64,000 nucleotides of DNA from positions 38,391 through 102,390 of the forward strand of contig DVLE01000082.1 in assembly GCA_018715645.1 (NCBI GenBank), given 5' to 3'. Made by a program: the position numbers and the translations under genes. Positions 28,737 through 38,833 of the stretch are shown piece by piece (positions within the stretch are counted from its first letter, which is position 1; every line of letters starts with the position of its first letter). The notes under the pieces were generated by a model, which was not told the origin of the DNA, ran no database searches, and saw only the letters and a program-made list of their open reading frames with translations. The DNA comes from Candidatus Merdisoma merdipullorum (GTDB lineage Bacteria; Bacillota; Clostridia; Lachnospirales; Lachnospiraceae).

Positions 28737-28820
28737 CCGGGTGCGGCGTATTAAGCCCTACGGGCTAAGACTGCTTATGCTCCGGGTGCGGCGTATTAAG
28801 CCGTGCGGACAGCCGCACGG
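28737..28820. repeat. 21-bp perfect direct repeat with following hairpins (REP-like)
   Basis: CCGGGTGCGGCGTATTAAGCC at 28737-28757 and 28782-28802; hairpins AGCCCTACGGGCT and CCGTGCGG-ACAG-CCGCACGG. Confidence 0.75.
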
Positions 28821-28825
28821 CTCAG

Positions 28826-28890
28826 AGAATAGAAATTTATACAAAAAGAATAAAATTTTCCATGGAAATTCTTTTTCGTTGTGCTATACT
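28826..28890 (+). promoter_or_regulatory. Activator-dependent promoter of mglB
   Basis: AGAATAGAAATTT (28826) / AGAATAAAATTTT (28847) 21 bp apart; extended -10 TGcTATACT (28882-28890); no consensus -35. Confidence 0.5.
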
Positions 28891-28937
28891 AATAACAGCG
28901 TGAAAAACGCAAATATAGATAAGGGAGGAATTTCAAC

Positions 28938-30146
28938 ATGAAGAAGAAACTTATGGCAGTTCTGTTGTGCGTTGCTCTGACAGCTACGATGCTGGCGGGC
29001 TGCGGCGGAAGCGATGACGCTGCGACGACAGATACCACTACGACTGAGGAAGCGACAGACGATGCTGCGGCAGCGGATGACGCGGCAGAAGAAGTGACAG
29101 ACACAGCCGAGGAAGCAGGTGCAGACCTGTCCAGCGCAAATGTTGCAGTATTCTATTATACATATGCAGATACCTACATTTCATCTGTACGTACCGCACT
29201 GGATGCTCAGCTTGACGCTCTTGGAGTAACCTATCAGGATTATGATGGAAACAACAACCAGACCACGCAGAATGAGCAGATCGACACAGCTCTGGCTCAG
29301 GGCGCAAATGTTCTGATCGTTAACATCGTAACATCCGGTTCCGTAGATGCTTCTCAGGCTATCGTGGACAAGGCTGCTGCGAAAGACGCTTACCTGATCT
29401 TCTTCAACCGTGCAGTTGAGGATGACAACACGGTAGGACAGGTTCTCGGCTCCTATGACAAGGTTGCTTTCGTAGGAACAGATGCTCCGGAAGCTGGCCA
29501 TATGCAGGGCGAGATGATCGGAAACTATCTGGTAGAGAACTATGATACAGTGGATCTGAACGGCGACGGAACAATTTCCTACGCTATGATGATGGGACAG
29601 CTTGGAAACGCTGAGGCTATCTACCGTACACAGTATTCTGTAGAGGATGCGAATGCTATCCTTGTTGAGAATGGCTATCCGGAGCTTGAGTACTTCGATG
29701 CCAGCAACAGCGACAAGTATCAGGTAGACCAGGACGGCGCTTGGAGCGCTACCGCTGCAAATAACTACATGACCACGAACCTGTCTCAGTACAATGAGAC
29801 CAACGGCAACATGATCGAACTGGTTATCTGCAACAACGACGGTATGGCTGAGGGCGTTATCTCCGCTCTGAACGTGGCAGGCTACAACCTGGGAACAGAG
29901 GATTCCACACTGATTCCTGTATTCGGTGTAGACGCGACAGACGCTGCTAAGCAGCTTATCGCTGACGGCAAGATGGTAGGAACCATTATGCAGGACGCAG
30001 AAGGAATGGCTAGCTGCATCAGCATCATGACGCAGAACGCAGCTACAGGCGCAGCCCTGACCGATGGAACGGATACCTGGAATGCTGATCCGGAAGTTAG
30101 CAACAAGATTTATATCCCCTATGGCACCTATACGGGAGAGGAGTAA
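28938..30146 (+). CDS. mglB: Galactose/glucose ABC substrate-binding lipoprotein
   Basis: LAGC lipobox, YTYADTYISSVR, IFFNR, DLNGDG Ca-binding loop, ICNNDGMA, VFGVDAT. Confidence 0.85.
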   Translation: MKKKLMAVLLCVALTATMLAGCGGSDDAATTDTTTTEEATDDAAAADDAAEEVTDTAEEAGADLSSANVAVFYYTYADTYISSVRTALDAQLDALGVTYQDYDGNNNQTTQNEQIDTALAQGANVLIVNIVTSGSVDASQAIVDKAAAKDAYLIFFNRAVEDDNTVGQVLGSYDKVAFVGTDAPEAGHMQGEMIGNYLVENYDTVDLNGDGTISYAMMMGQLGNAEAIYRTQYSVEDANAILVENGYPELEYFDASNSDKYQVDQDGAWSATAANNYMTTNLSQYNETNGNMIELVICNNDGMAEGVISALNVAGYNLGTEDSTLIPVFGVDATDAAKQLIADGKMVGTIMQDAEGMASCISIMTQNAATGAALTDGTDTWNADPEVSNKIYIPYGTYTGEE

Positions 30147-30239
30147 TTTGCCCGAATCAGGTGAGATAGAGAAGGACTAGAACGGAAAGGCGGTCGTGTT
30201 ATGCGGTCGCCTTTCTGCTAAGAAGACAGGAGGAAGAGC

Positions 30240-31739
30240 ATGGCGAATGAAGTTCTGTTACAAATGACTGATATATGTAAAGAATTTCCCGGCGTCAAGG
30301 CGCTGGATCATGTTTCTTTGACGGTGAAACGGGGGACGGTGCACGCGCTGATGGGAGAAAACGGCGCGGGAAAATCCACCTTGATGAAGTGTTTGTTTGG
30401 AATGTATGTGAAGAACAGCGGACACATTTTCCTGGAAGGAAAAGAGATCAACTTCAAAAGCTCGAAGGAAGCATTGGAAAACGGCGTTGCCATGGTGCAT
30501 CAGGAGTTGAACCAGGCATTGAAGCGCAATGTTATGGACAATCTCTGGCTGGGACGTTATCCGAAGATCGGAGGCGTCATGGTCAACGAGAAGAAAATCT
30601 ATGATGACACAAAAGCAGTATTTCAGGAGCTGGGCATTGATGTGGATCCGAAGCGGATCATGAGCACGATGCCGGTATCCCAGAGACAGATGGTGGAGAT
30701 TGCGAAGGCAGTTTCCTACAATTCCAAGGTCATTGTATTCGACGAACCCACCTCCTCCCTGACAGAGGTAGAGGTAGAACACTTATTTAAGATTATAAAT
30801 ATGCTGCGTGACAGAGGATGCGGCATTATCTATATTTCCCACAAAATGGCAGAGATCCTGCGTATCTCAGACGAGGTTACCATCATGCGCGACGGCCAGT
30901 ATGTGGCCACGAAGCCTGCCAAGGGTCTGACGAACGAGGAAATTATCCGGCTGATGGTAGGACGTGAGCTGACTGAACAGTTCCCGCCCAAGACGAATAA
31001 GCCGGGTGAAATAGCTCTGGAAGTGGAGCATCTTTCCGGAAAGTATTCCCTTCTGAACGATGTTTCCTTCAATGTGCGCAAGGGCGAGATTGTGGGACTT
31101 GCAGGCCTCGATGGCAGCGGACGTACGGAGACGCTGGAGAATATCTTCGGTATTGCCACCCGTAAGTCCGGTACGATCAAGCTGAACGGCAAAGTGACGA
31201 GAAACCGCAACGCAAGAGAGTCTATTCGGAACGGATTCGCGCTGCTGACAGAGGAAAGGCGTGCCACGGGTATCTTTGGTATCTTGAATATCCGGGAAAA
31301 TACAGTTATTTCCAGCCTGAAAAAGCATTTGAAAATGGGCTTCTGGCTGGATGAGAAATCCATGCGTAAGGATACGCAGTGGTCGATAGACGCCATGCAC
31401 ACAAAGACGCCGACCCAGGAGACGAAGATTCGTTCCCTGTCCGGAGGCAACCAGCAGAAGGTAATCCTGGGACGCTGGCTTCTGACTGATCCGGAGGTGC
31501 TGCTCCTTGACGAGCCGACGCGAGGCATCGACGTAGGTGCAAAATATGAGATCTACCAGCTTATCATTGATCTGGCGAACAGAGGAAAGAGCGTTGTCAT
31601 GGTGTCCTCAGAGATGCCTGAGCTTCTCGGTATCTGCGATCGGATTATCGTAATGTCCGGAGGACGGAAGGCAGGAGAGGTAAACGCAAAAGAAACGACG
31701 CAGGAAGAGATTATGACTCATGCTGCGAAATATGTATAA
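30240..31739 (+). CDS. mglA: Galactoside ABC ATP-binding protein
   Basis: [52 protein letters not shown]. Confidence 0.9.
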   Translation: MANEVLLQMTDICKEFPGVKALDHVSLTVKRGTVHALMGENGAGKSTLMKCLFGMYVKNSGHIFLEGKEINFKSSKEALENGVAMVHQELNQALKRNVMDNLWLGRYPKIGGVMVNEKKIYDDTKAVFQELGIDVDPKRIMSTMPVSQRQMVEIAKAVSYNSKVIVFDEPTSSLTEVEVEHLFKIINMLRDRGCGIIYISHKMAEILRISDEVTIMRDGQYVATKPAKGLTNEEIIRLMVGRELTEQFPPKTNKPGEIALEVEHLSGKYSLLNDVSFNVRKGEIVGLAGLDGSGRTETLENIFGIATRKSGTIKLNGKVTRNRNARESIRNGFALLTEERRATGIFGILNIRENTVISSLKKHLKMGFWLDEKSMRKDTQWSIDAMHTKTPTQETKIRSLSGGNQQKVILGRWLLTDPEVLLLDEPTRGIDVGAKYEIYQLIIDLANRGKSVVMVSSEMPELLGICDRIIVMSGGRKAGEVNAKETTQEEIMTHAAKYV

Positions 31740-31754
31740 AGGAGGCAGCGTCGA

Positions 31755-32837
31755 ATGAATTTCGTATCCAATATAAAATCCAATATAGCTGCAAAGCGTG
31801 CCAGCTACAAGGCGCTTGACAGCAAAGAAAAGGCTGCATACTGGAAAGATGCGCTGATTAATAACGCGATTTATATTCTGATTATTATTGCAATTATTTA
31901 TACGCAGTCTCAGAACAGCTATTTTCTGAAGACCGATTCCATTGTGAACATTATTTCTCTTTCTGCGGCGAACCTGCCTATTGCCTGTGGTATCGCGGGC
32001 TGTATCGTACTGACGGGTACAGACCTTTCCGCAGGACGTGTGGTTGGTCTGACGGCATGTATTTCCGCGTCTCTGCTGCAGTCGGCGGATTATGCGACGA
32101 AGATGTTCCCGAATATGCCGGAGATCCCCATCGTCATCGTAATTCTGGCGGTGATTCTCGTAGGCGGTATCGTCGGCTGGGTGAATGGTTTCTTCGTAGC
32201 TAAGTTTTCTCTGCATCCGTTCATCGTAACCTTGGCTACACAGCTTATTGTATACGGCGTGCTGCTGATGTATATCATGATCAACGGCAACAACGGACAG
32301 CCGCTGTCTGGTCTGGATCAGAGATTTAAAGATTTCGTAACAGGAAGTATTCTGTCTGTAAACGGTGTGCCGATTCCCAATTATGTGTGGTACGGACTGA
32401 TTGTGGTTGTCTTCATGTGGTTCATGTGGAATAAGACCACCTTCGGAAAGAATATGTTCGCGGTAGGTTCCAGCCCTGAGGCTGCCAACGTATCTGGTGT
32501 AAACGTAGCTATGACCACCATTCTGGTACATACGCTGGCTGGCTGTATGTACGGTATCACAGGATTCATTGAGTCCGCCCGTATCGGTTCCAACTCAGCG
32601 ACCACAGGCTGGAACTATGAGTCTGACGCTATCGCGGCCTGCGTTATCGGAGGCGTATCCTTCGTAGGAGGTACCGGAAAGATCAGCGGCGTAGTACTCG
32701 GTGTATTCATGCTGAGAATCATCTTCGTAGCGCTGCAGTTCCTTTCTATCAACCAGAACCTTCAGTATATTATCAAAGGTCTTATCATTCTGATTGCCTG
32801 CTCGATTGATATGAGAAAGTATCTGGTGCGGAAGTAG
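31755..32837 (+). CDS. mglC: Galactoside ABC permease
   Basis: GTDLSAGR, LHPFIVTL, WNKTTFGKNMFAVG, DAIAACVIGGVSFVGG, DMRKY. Confidence 0.88.
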   Translation: MNFVSNIKSNIAAKRASYKALDSKEKAAYWKDALINNAIYILIIIAIIYTQSQNSYFLKTDSIVNIISLSAANLPIACGIAGCIVLTGTDLSAGRVVGLTACISASLLQSADYATKMFPNMPEIPIVIVILAVILVGGIVGWVNGFFVAKFSLHPFIVTLATQLIVYGVLLMYIMINGNNGQPLSGLDQRFKDFVTGSILSVNGVPIPNYVWYGLIVVVFMWFMWNKTTFGKNMFAVGSSPEAANVSGVNVAMTTILVHTLAGCMYGITGFIESARIGSNSATTGWNYESDAIAACVIGGVSFVGGTGKISGVVLGVFMLRIIFVALQFLSINQNLQYIIKGLIILIACSIDMRKYLVRK

Positions 32838-32841
32838 GTAT

Positions 32842-33426
32842 ATGGAAGAAAAGAAAAAGTGGTTCGGACGGGGCATCTATGACAAAAAGGATGCCCCTAT
32901 CCGCATCCTGGACAAGCTTATCCTGGGCGCGGTGGCGCTCGTTATTATTTTGATTTTCTGGTTTGCAGTTCACGGCGGTTATACGGTAAGCTTCGACACA
33001 GACGGAGGAAGCGAAGTGGCGGAGCAGAGACTGGAGTACGGCGATCTGGTGGCGGAACCGGAGACTCCGGTAAAGCCCGGCTATACCTTTGTGAGCTGGG
33101 TAACTTCCAGGGATGAGAGTCTGGCGGAGGAATGGAGCTTTGCAGAAACGAAGGTCACCAGTGATCAGACGCTTTACGCAGTCTGGGAGCCTGCACAGGT
33201 TACCGTAAAATTTGATCTGGACGGCGGCGCCTGCGAGGGTTCCGCTTCTGTCCCGGATAAAACTGTGGTTTACGGAGAGACATACGGCGAACTTCCGGTG
33301 CCGGAAAAGGAAGGCTGCCGGTTCGACGGCTGGGTTTACAGCGGCAATATAATAACGGCCGACACTCAGGTTACGATGACAGGCGAGCATGTGCTGACGG
33401 CACGCTGGGTAATGGAGGAAAATTGA
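32842..33426 (+). CDS. Membrane-anchored protein with two InlB B-repeats (Flg_new)
   Basis: YTVSFDTDGGS...PVKPGYTFVSW...TLYAVW and VKFDLDGG...PEKEGCRFDGW...LTARW after one TM helix. Confidence 0.8.
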   Translation: MEEKKKWFGRGIYDKKDAPIRILDKLILGAVALVIILIFWFAVHGGYTVSFDTDGGSEVAEQRLEYGDLVAEPETPVKPGYTFVSWVTSRDESLAEEWSFAETKVTSDQTLYAVWEPAQVTVKFDLDGGACEGSASVPDKTVVYGETYGELPVPEKEGCRFDGWVYSGNIITADTQVTMTGEHVLTARWVMEEN

Positions 33427-33427
33427 C

Positions 33428-33760
33428 ATGAAACGTGACAACGCAAGAATGGCTGTCTACGCACTGGGCGGGGCATATCTGATATATCTGGCCTGGGAAC
33501 TCTTTTCCGGGCTTGACACGGCGGGGTCGGAAAAGCCGCTGATGCTGGTATTTGGCATTCTTTTTGCTGTAATAGGAGTTGTGGCTGTGGCAGGCGGACT
33601 TTATTCCGGCTGGAAGCGTATGAAAGACATGCAGCAGCCGGCGTCCGGTTCTGCGCCGGAGTCTGAGAAAGAAAAGGATAGGGAAGAAGACGGGAAAGCG
33701 CCGGAGTCTGAGCCGCTGGCGGAGAATGGAGAAACACCAGAGGAAATCGAAGAGAAATAG
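33428..33760 (+). CDS. Hypothetical 2-TM protein with acidic tail
   Basis: GGAGG RBS, two hydrophobic segments, followed by a terminator-like hairpin (about 33772-33815). Confidence 0.7.
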   Translation: MKRDNARMAVYALGGAYLIYLAWELFSGLDTAGSEKPLMLVFGILFAVIGVVAVAGGLYSGWKRMKDMQQPASGSAPESEKEKDREEDGKAPESEPLAENGETPEEIEEK

Positions 33761-33925
33761 GCGTTTTTATGGGAGCGTTTCAGAACATAGGGATTCTGGA
33801 GCGCTTTCTTTTTTTGTACTGCCCCAGGCTGCAAAGGGAAAGAGATTCTTTCGCGTGACAATCCATGGGAAATAGTCTATACTGAGAAGGAACTTTGAGT
33901 GCTATTTTTGGAGAGTGAAAGGATT

Positions 33926-34564
33926 ATGACGAAAGAAAAACTGACGTTGGAGATCATTGACCGTCTGAAAAAGGAGTATCCGGACGCAGGCTGCACGCTT
34001 GATTATGATCAGGCGTGGAAGCTTTTGGTAAGCGTCCGTCTGGCGGCGCAGTGTACGGACGCCCGTGTCAATGTGGTAGTGGAGAAGCTTTATGAAAAAT
34101 TTCCCGATGTGAAGGCTCTGGCAGAGGCTTCCGTGGAGGAGATAGAGGAGATCGTGAAGCCCTGCGGTCTGGGACACAGCAAGGCCAGGGACATCAGCGC
34201 CTGCATGAAAATTCTCTGGGAGCAGTACGGCGGAAAGGTGCCGGACTCCTTTGAGAAACTCTTGAAGCTGCCCGGAGTGGGACGCAAGAGCGCCAACCTG
34301 ATCATGGGAGACGTATTCGGAAAGCCTGCCATTGTGACAGATACGCACTGTATCCGTCTTGTTAACCGCATGGGACTTGTGGACAATATCAAGGAGCCGA
34401 AGAAAGTGGAGATGGCGCTCTGGAAGCTGGTTCCTCCGGAGGAGGGCAGTGATTTCTGTCACAGGCTTGTGTATCATGGACGGGACGTCTGTACTGCGCG
34501 GACAAAGCCTCATTGCGATCGCTGCTGCTTAAGCGATATTTGCGCAAAAAACGGTGTGGAGTGA
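33926..34564 (+). CDS. nth: Endonuclease III
   Basis: LAAQCTDARVN, LPGVGRKSAN (HhH-K), VTDTH, C-X6-C-X2-C-X5-C Fe-S motif. Confidence 0.95.
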   Translation: MTKEKLTLEIIDRLKKEYPDAGCTLDYDQAWKLLVSVRLAAQCTDARVNVVVEKLYEKFPDVKALAEASVEEIEEIVKPCGLGHSKARDISACMKILWEQYGGKVPDSFEKLLKLPGVGRKSANLIMGDVFGKPAIVTDTHCIRLVNRMGLVDNIKEPKKVEMALWKLVPPEEGSDFCHRLVYHGRDVCTARTKPHCDRCCLSDICAKNGVE

Positions 34565-34568
34565 GAAA

Positions 34569-35771
34569 ATGGAAACTGCGATTGTGACATTGAAAAAGGG
34601 AGAAGGGCGGTCGCTGAAAGCAGGCGGAGCCTGGATCTATGACAACGAGATAGAATCTGTGGCCGGAAGCTTTCTGGATGGAGATCTGGTCGTCGTTCAT
34701 GATTTTGACGGATATGGGCTTGGAAAGGGATTTATCAACCGCCATTCCAAAATCCGCGTCCGTATGCTGACGAGAAATCCGGCGCAGGAGATTGACAGGG
34801 ATTTCCTGAAAATGCGGGTGCGGACGTCCTGGGAATACAGAAAGAAAACCGTGGATACGTCGAGCTGCAGAGTGATTTTCGGAGAGGCCGATTTTCTGCC
34901 GGGGATTGTGGTGGACAAGTTTGCCGATGTGCTGGTCATCCAGTCCCTTGCCCTTGGGATGGATCGGTTTAAAGAAACGATTGTGGAGGAGCTGAAGGCA
35001 GCTCTTTTGGAGGATGGCATCTCTATCCGCGGCGTCTATGAGCGCAGCGACGCGAAGGAACGGGAAAAGGAAGGCATGGAACGGGTAAAGGGCTTTCTGG
35101 GCGGACCTTTTGATACGAATGTAGAGATTGTGGAAAATGGAGTTCGCTATCTGGTAGATGTGAAAGACGGGCAGAAGACGGGCTTTTTCCTCGATCAGAA
35201 ATACAATCGCCTGGCCATTCAGAAGCTTTGCCGGGACGCGCGGGTGCTGGACTGCTTTACCCATACCGGATCCTTTGCGCTGAACGCCGGCCTTGCCGGG
35301 GCGCGGGAGGTGCTGGGCGTGGATGCCTCAGAGCTTGGCGTCCGGCAGGCGGAGCTGAACGCGAAGCTCAATCATCTGGAGGAGCGTGTACATTTTCAGT
35401 GCGCCGACGTCTTTGACCTGCTTCCGGAGCTTGAGAGGCAGGGAGAGGTTTACGATCTGGTGATTCTTGATCCGCCGGCCTTTACCAAATCCCGAAGTTC
35501 CGTGAAGAATGCGGTCAAAGGCTACCGGGAGATCAATATGCGGGGGATGAAGCTGGTGCGGGATGGAGGTTTTCTCGCCACATGCTCCTGCTCGCATTTC
35601 ATGACCTATGAGCTTTTTACGCAGACTCTTAAGCAGGCTGCCAAAAGCGTGCATAAGAGGCTCAGACAGGTGGAATACCGGACGCAGGCTCCGGATCATC
35701 CGATTCTCTGGGCGGCTGACGAGTCCTATTATCTGAAGTTTTATATTTTCCAGGTTTGTGAGGAAAAATGA
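34569..35771 (+). CDS. RlmI-like class I SAM-dependent rRNA m5C methyltransferase
   Basis: PUA-like N-terminus, GEADFLPG, GQKTGFFLDQ, VLDCFTHTG, ILDPPAF, TCSCS. Confidence 0.9.
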   Translation: METAIVTLKKGEGRSLKAGGAWIYDNEIESVAGSFLDGDLVVVHDFDGYGLGKGFINRHSKIRVRMLTRNPAQEIDRDFLKMRVRTSWEYRKKTVDTSSCRVIFGEADFLPGIVVDKFADVLVIQSLALGMDRFKETIVEELKAALLEDGISIRGVYERSDAKEREKEGMERVKGFLGGPFDTNVEIVENGVRYLVDVKDGQKTGFFLDQKYNRLAIQKLCRDARVLDCFTHTGSFALNAGLAGAREVLGVDASELGVRQAELNAKLNHLEERVHFQCADVFDLLPELERQGEVYDLVILDPPAFTKSRSSVKNAVKGYREINMRGMKLVRDGGFLATCSCSHFMTYELFTQTLKQAAKSVHKRLRQVEYRTQAPDHPILWAADESYYLKFYIFQVCEEK

Positions 35772-37231
35772 GTATGAGGCTTCCGGAAGAATTTGAAAAG
35801 AGAATGAAGGAGATGCTGGGCGACGAGTATCCGGCGTTCCTGGAGGGCTTCCAGCATGAGCCTTTTTTGGCCCTGCGGGTGAATACCTGCAAGCTTTCCA
35901 CGCAGGAGTTTCAGAAAATGAGCCCTTTCTCTCTGCGTCCTGTATCCTGGGCGGCGGAGGGTTTCTACTATGAAAAAACGGACAGACCGGGAAAGCATCC
36001 CTGGCATGAGGCGGGACTTTATTATATTCAGGAGCCCAGCGCTATGGCGGTCGCCCCGCTGGCGGAGGCGCAGCCGGGCGAGAGGATCCTGGATCTCTGC
36101 GCCGCGCCGGGCGGAAAGACTACCCAGCTTGCCATGGCCATGAAAGGAAAAGGCCTTCTTGTCTCCAATGAGATACATCCGGCCAGAGCGCGGATTCTCT
36201 CCTCGAATGTGGAGCGTATGGGAATCACCCATGCGGTCGTGACCAATGAGACGCCAAAGAAGCTGGCGGAGCGGTTTCCGGCCTTTTTTGACCGGATCCT
36301 GGTGGACGCGCCCTGCTCCGGAGAGGGAATGTTCCGAAAGGAGGAGCAGGCCCTTCTCCAGTGGAGTGCGGAAAATGTGCGGATGTGCGTCAGGCGGCAG
36401 CAGGAAATCCTTGATCAGGCGGCGGAAATGCTCCGCCCCGGCGGAGTGCTGGTATACTCCACCTGTACCTTTGCTCCTGAGGAGGACGAGGGAAGCGTCG
36501 CTGCATTTTTATGCGGACATCCGGAGTTTTCCGTAAAAAAGATACAAGCCTGTGAGAGCTTTTCCTCAGGAAATCCAGCCTGGGCAGGCGAAGCCATTCC
36601 GGAGAATGTCAGCCAGGAGGAGAAGGAGCGGATTTTGCAGGAGCTTTCGTATACCTTCCGGCTCTGGCCCCAGAGACTGGAAGGGGAGGGACACTTTGCG
36701 GCCGTACTTCAAAAAGATGGAGAGGCCAGGCGTCTGCGAAAGCCTGAGGAAGATTTGTCTTTGGGACAGAGCCGGAAAAAGGGCGCGAGGACCGCAGGGG
36801 GAACTGCAGAGGCACAGGCTTTAAAGCTCTGGGAGGACTTTGCCAGGGATACGCTGACGCGTCTGCCGGAGGGGATTCCGGCGCTGTTTGGAGAACAGCT
36901 TTTTCTGCTGCCCTGCGTACTTCCCTTGTCCGGCCTGAAGGTTCTGCGGGCAGGACTGCATCTGGGAACCATAAAAAAGAATCGTTTTGAACCCTCCCAT
37001 GCGCTGGCACTTGCACTGCGGGCAGAGGATGCAAAGCGCGTCCGGCCTCTTTTGGGGGATTCCACGGAAATCAAAAGCTATCTGAGGGGCGAAAGCCTTG
37101 AGGCGCCCTCGTCTCATACGCCGGAAAAGGGCTGGACTTTGGTTCTCGTGGACGGCTACCCTGCAGGCTGGGGAAAGCAGAGCGGGGGAACCCTGAAAAA
37201 TCATTATCCAAAAGGGCTGCGTCTGAATTAA
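35768..37231 (+). CDS. RsmF/NOL1/NOP2-type 16S rRNA m5C methyltransferase
   Basis: YIQEPSAM, LDLCAAPGGKT, LVDAPCSGEG, YSTCTF, LKNHYPKGLR. Confidence 0.92.
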   Translation: MSMRLPEEFEKRMKEMLGDEYPAFLEGFQHEPFLALRVNTCKLSTQEFQKMSPFSLRPVSWAAEGFYYEKTDRPGKHPWHEAGLYYIQEPSAMAVAPLAEAQPGERILDLCAAPGGKTTQLAMAMKGKGLLVSNEIHPARARILSSNVERMGITHAVVTNETPKKLAERFPAFFDRILVDAPCSGEGMFRKEEQALLQWSAENVRMCVRRQQEILDQAAEMLRPGGVLVYSTCTFAPEEDEGSVAAFLCGHPEFSVKKIQACESFSSGNPAWAGEAIPENVSQEEKERILQELSYTFRLWPQRLEGEGHFAAVLQKDGEARRLRKPEEDLSLGQSRKKGARTAGGTAEAQALKLWEDFARDTLTRLPEGIPALFGEQLFLLPCVLPLSGLKVLRAGLHLGTIKKNRFEPSHALALALRAEDAKRVRPLLGDSTEIKSYLRGESLEAPSSHTPEKGWTLVLVDGYPAGWGKQSGGTLKNHYPKGLRLN

Positions 37232-37374
37232 AAAGGGCTGGCACGAAAAGAAATACTTTACCCAACCGGAAAAATGTATTATGATAAAAGAGTTGAAAAT
37301 AGCATCGTCCATGTGCGGAATCTTTCGGGTTTTGCGCGAACGTGGATAAAAATACGAGAGGAGAATTTACAACT

Positions 37375-38562
37375 ATGGGAGAAAATTTAAGCGTTGCAGA
37401 GAGAAGCCTTAAGCTTCATGAAGAATGCCGTGGCAAGATCGAGATTAAGTCCAGGGTTCCGGTTAAAACGAAGGAGGATCTTTCTCTGGCGTATACGCCG
37501 GGAGTTGCGCAGCCCTGTCTTGAGATTCAGAAGGACATCAGCAAGTCCTATGTGTATACGAATCGCTGGAACACCTGTCTGGTAGTGACGGATGGCACGG
37601 CTGTTCTGGGACTGGGAGACATCGGTCCGGAGGCAGGAATGCCGGTTATGGAAGGCAAGTGCGTGCTTTTCAAAGAGTTTGGCAATGTGGATGCGTTCCC
37701 GCTCTGCATCAAGAGCAAGGACGTGGATGAGATCGTAAATACGATTTATCTGATTTCCGGAAGCTGCGGCGGAGTAAACCTGGAGGATATTGCCGCGCCC
37801 CGCTGCTTTGAGATTGAAAAGAAACTGAAAGAAAAATGCGATATTCCGATTTTCCATGACGACCAGCACGGAACAGCCGTTATCACGCTGGCAGGTCTGA
37901 CCAATGCTCTTCGTCTGGTAGGAAAGAAGAAAGAGGACATCAAGGTGGCTGTAAATGGAGCCGGAGCGGCAGCTATCTCCATCACGAAGCTTCTGATCGC
38001 AGCCGGCGTCCGCAACGTAACCCTCTGCGACCGTACCGGAGCCATCTATGAAGGACGTGAGAAGGGCATGAATCCGATTAAGGAGGAAATGGCAAAGATC
38101 ACGAATCCGGAAAAGATTCAGGGAAGCCTGGCTGATATTGTCAAGGGAGCGGACGTATTTATCGGCGTCAGCGCGCCGGGAAGTCTGACTGTCGATATGG
38201 TCAAGACCATGGCGAAGGATGCCATCATCTTTGCATGCGCGAACCCGACGCCGGAGATTTATCCGGACGAGGCGAAAGCAGGCGGAGCGAGAGTAATCGC
38301 TACAGGACGCAGCGATTTCCCGAACCAGATCAACAATGTGCTGGCGTTTCCGGGAATCTTCCGCGGAGCCTTCGATGTGCGTGCCAGCGACATCAACGAT
38401 GAGATGAAGATGGCGGCAGCCGAGGCGCTGGCGAACCTGATTTCCGAGGATGAGCTGTCTGAGGATTACATTATTCCGGCAGCCTTCGATCCGAGAGTAG
38501 GAAAGGCTGTGGCTGAGGCTGTGGCTGAGGCGGCAAGAAAGTCCGGCGTAGCCCGCATCTGA
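37375..38562 (+). CDS. NAD(P)-dependent malic enzyme
   Basis: AYTPGVA, TDGTAVLGLGDIG, MEGK, NLEDI, FHDDQHGT, NGAGAA, GRSDFPNQINNVLAFPG. Confidence 0.95.
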   Translation: MGENLSVAERSLKLHEECRGKIEIKSRVPVKTKEDLSLAYTPGVAQPCLEIQKDISKSYVYTNRWNTCLVVTDGTAVLGLGDIGPEAGMPVMEGKCVLFKEFGNVDAFPLCIKSKDVDEIVNTIYLISGSCGGVNLEDIAAPRCFEIEKKLKEKCDIPIFHDDQHGTAVITLAGLTNALRLVGKKKEDIKVAVNGAGAAAISITKLLIAAGVRNVTLCDRTGAIYEGREKGMNPIKEEMAKITNPEKIQGSLADIVKGADVFIGVSAPGSLTVDMVKTMAKDAIIFACANPTPEIYPDEAKAGGARVIATGRSDFPNQINNVLAFPGIFRGAFDVRASDINDEMKMAAAEALANLISEDELSEDYIIPAAFDPRVGKAVAEAVAEAARKSGVARI

Positions 38563-38833
38563 TTTTTTGAAAGCTTGTTTTAGAGACAAAACGCCGCTCC
38601 TGCGGACTGCGGGGAGCGGAGGACTGTCCGCATGAGAGAGAAACCCTCCGGTGCAGGGAAGCTGTGTGAGCTTAGCATCGGAGGGTTTTGTGCATTTCTT
38701 ATAGTTTTGCGAAAGACTGACTGAAAAATATTGACAAAAATGACGAATAGTGGCACAATAAAATCAGGCAGAGCACGGATTTTGTAATCGGAGACGGGCG
38801 CTGTCAAAATGATATTTCCGCGGAGGTTTCCTT

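Noticed and set aside
28737-28802. Possible mini-CRISPR array
   Set aside because: Only two 21-bp units with a 24-bp spacer and no cas genes; treated as REP-like
29010-29130. Ala/Asp/Glu/Thr low-complexity tracts (also 13850-13980)
   Set aside because: Ordinary flexible linkers after lipoprotein lipoboxes
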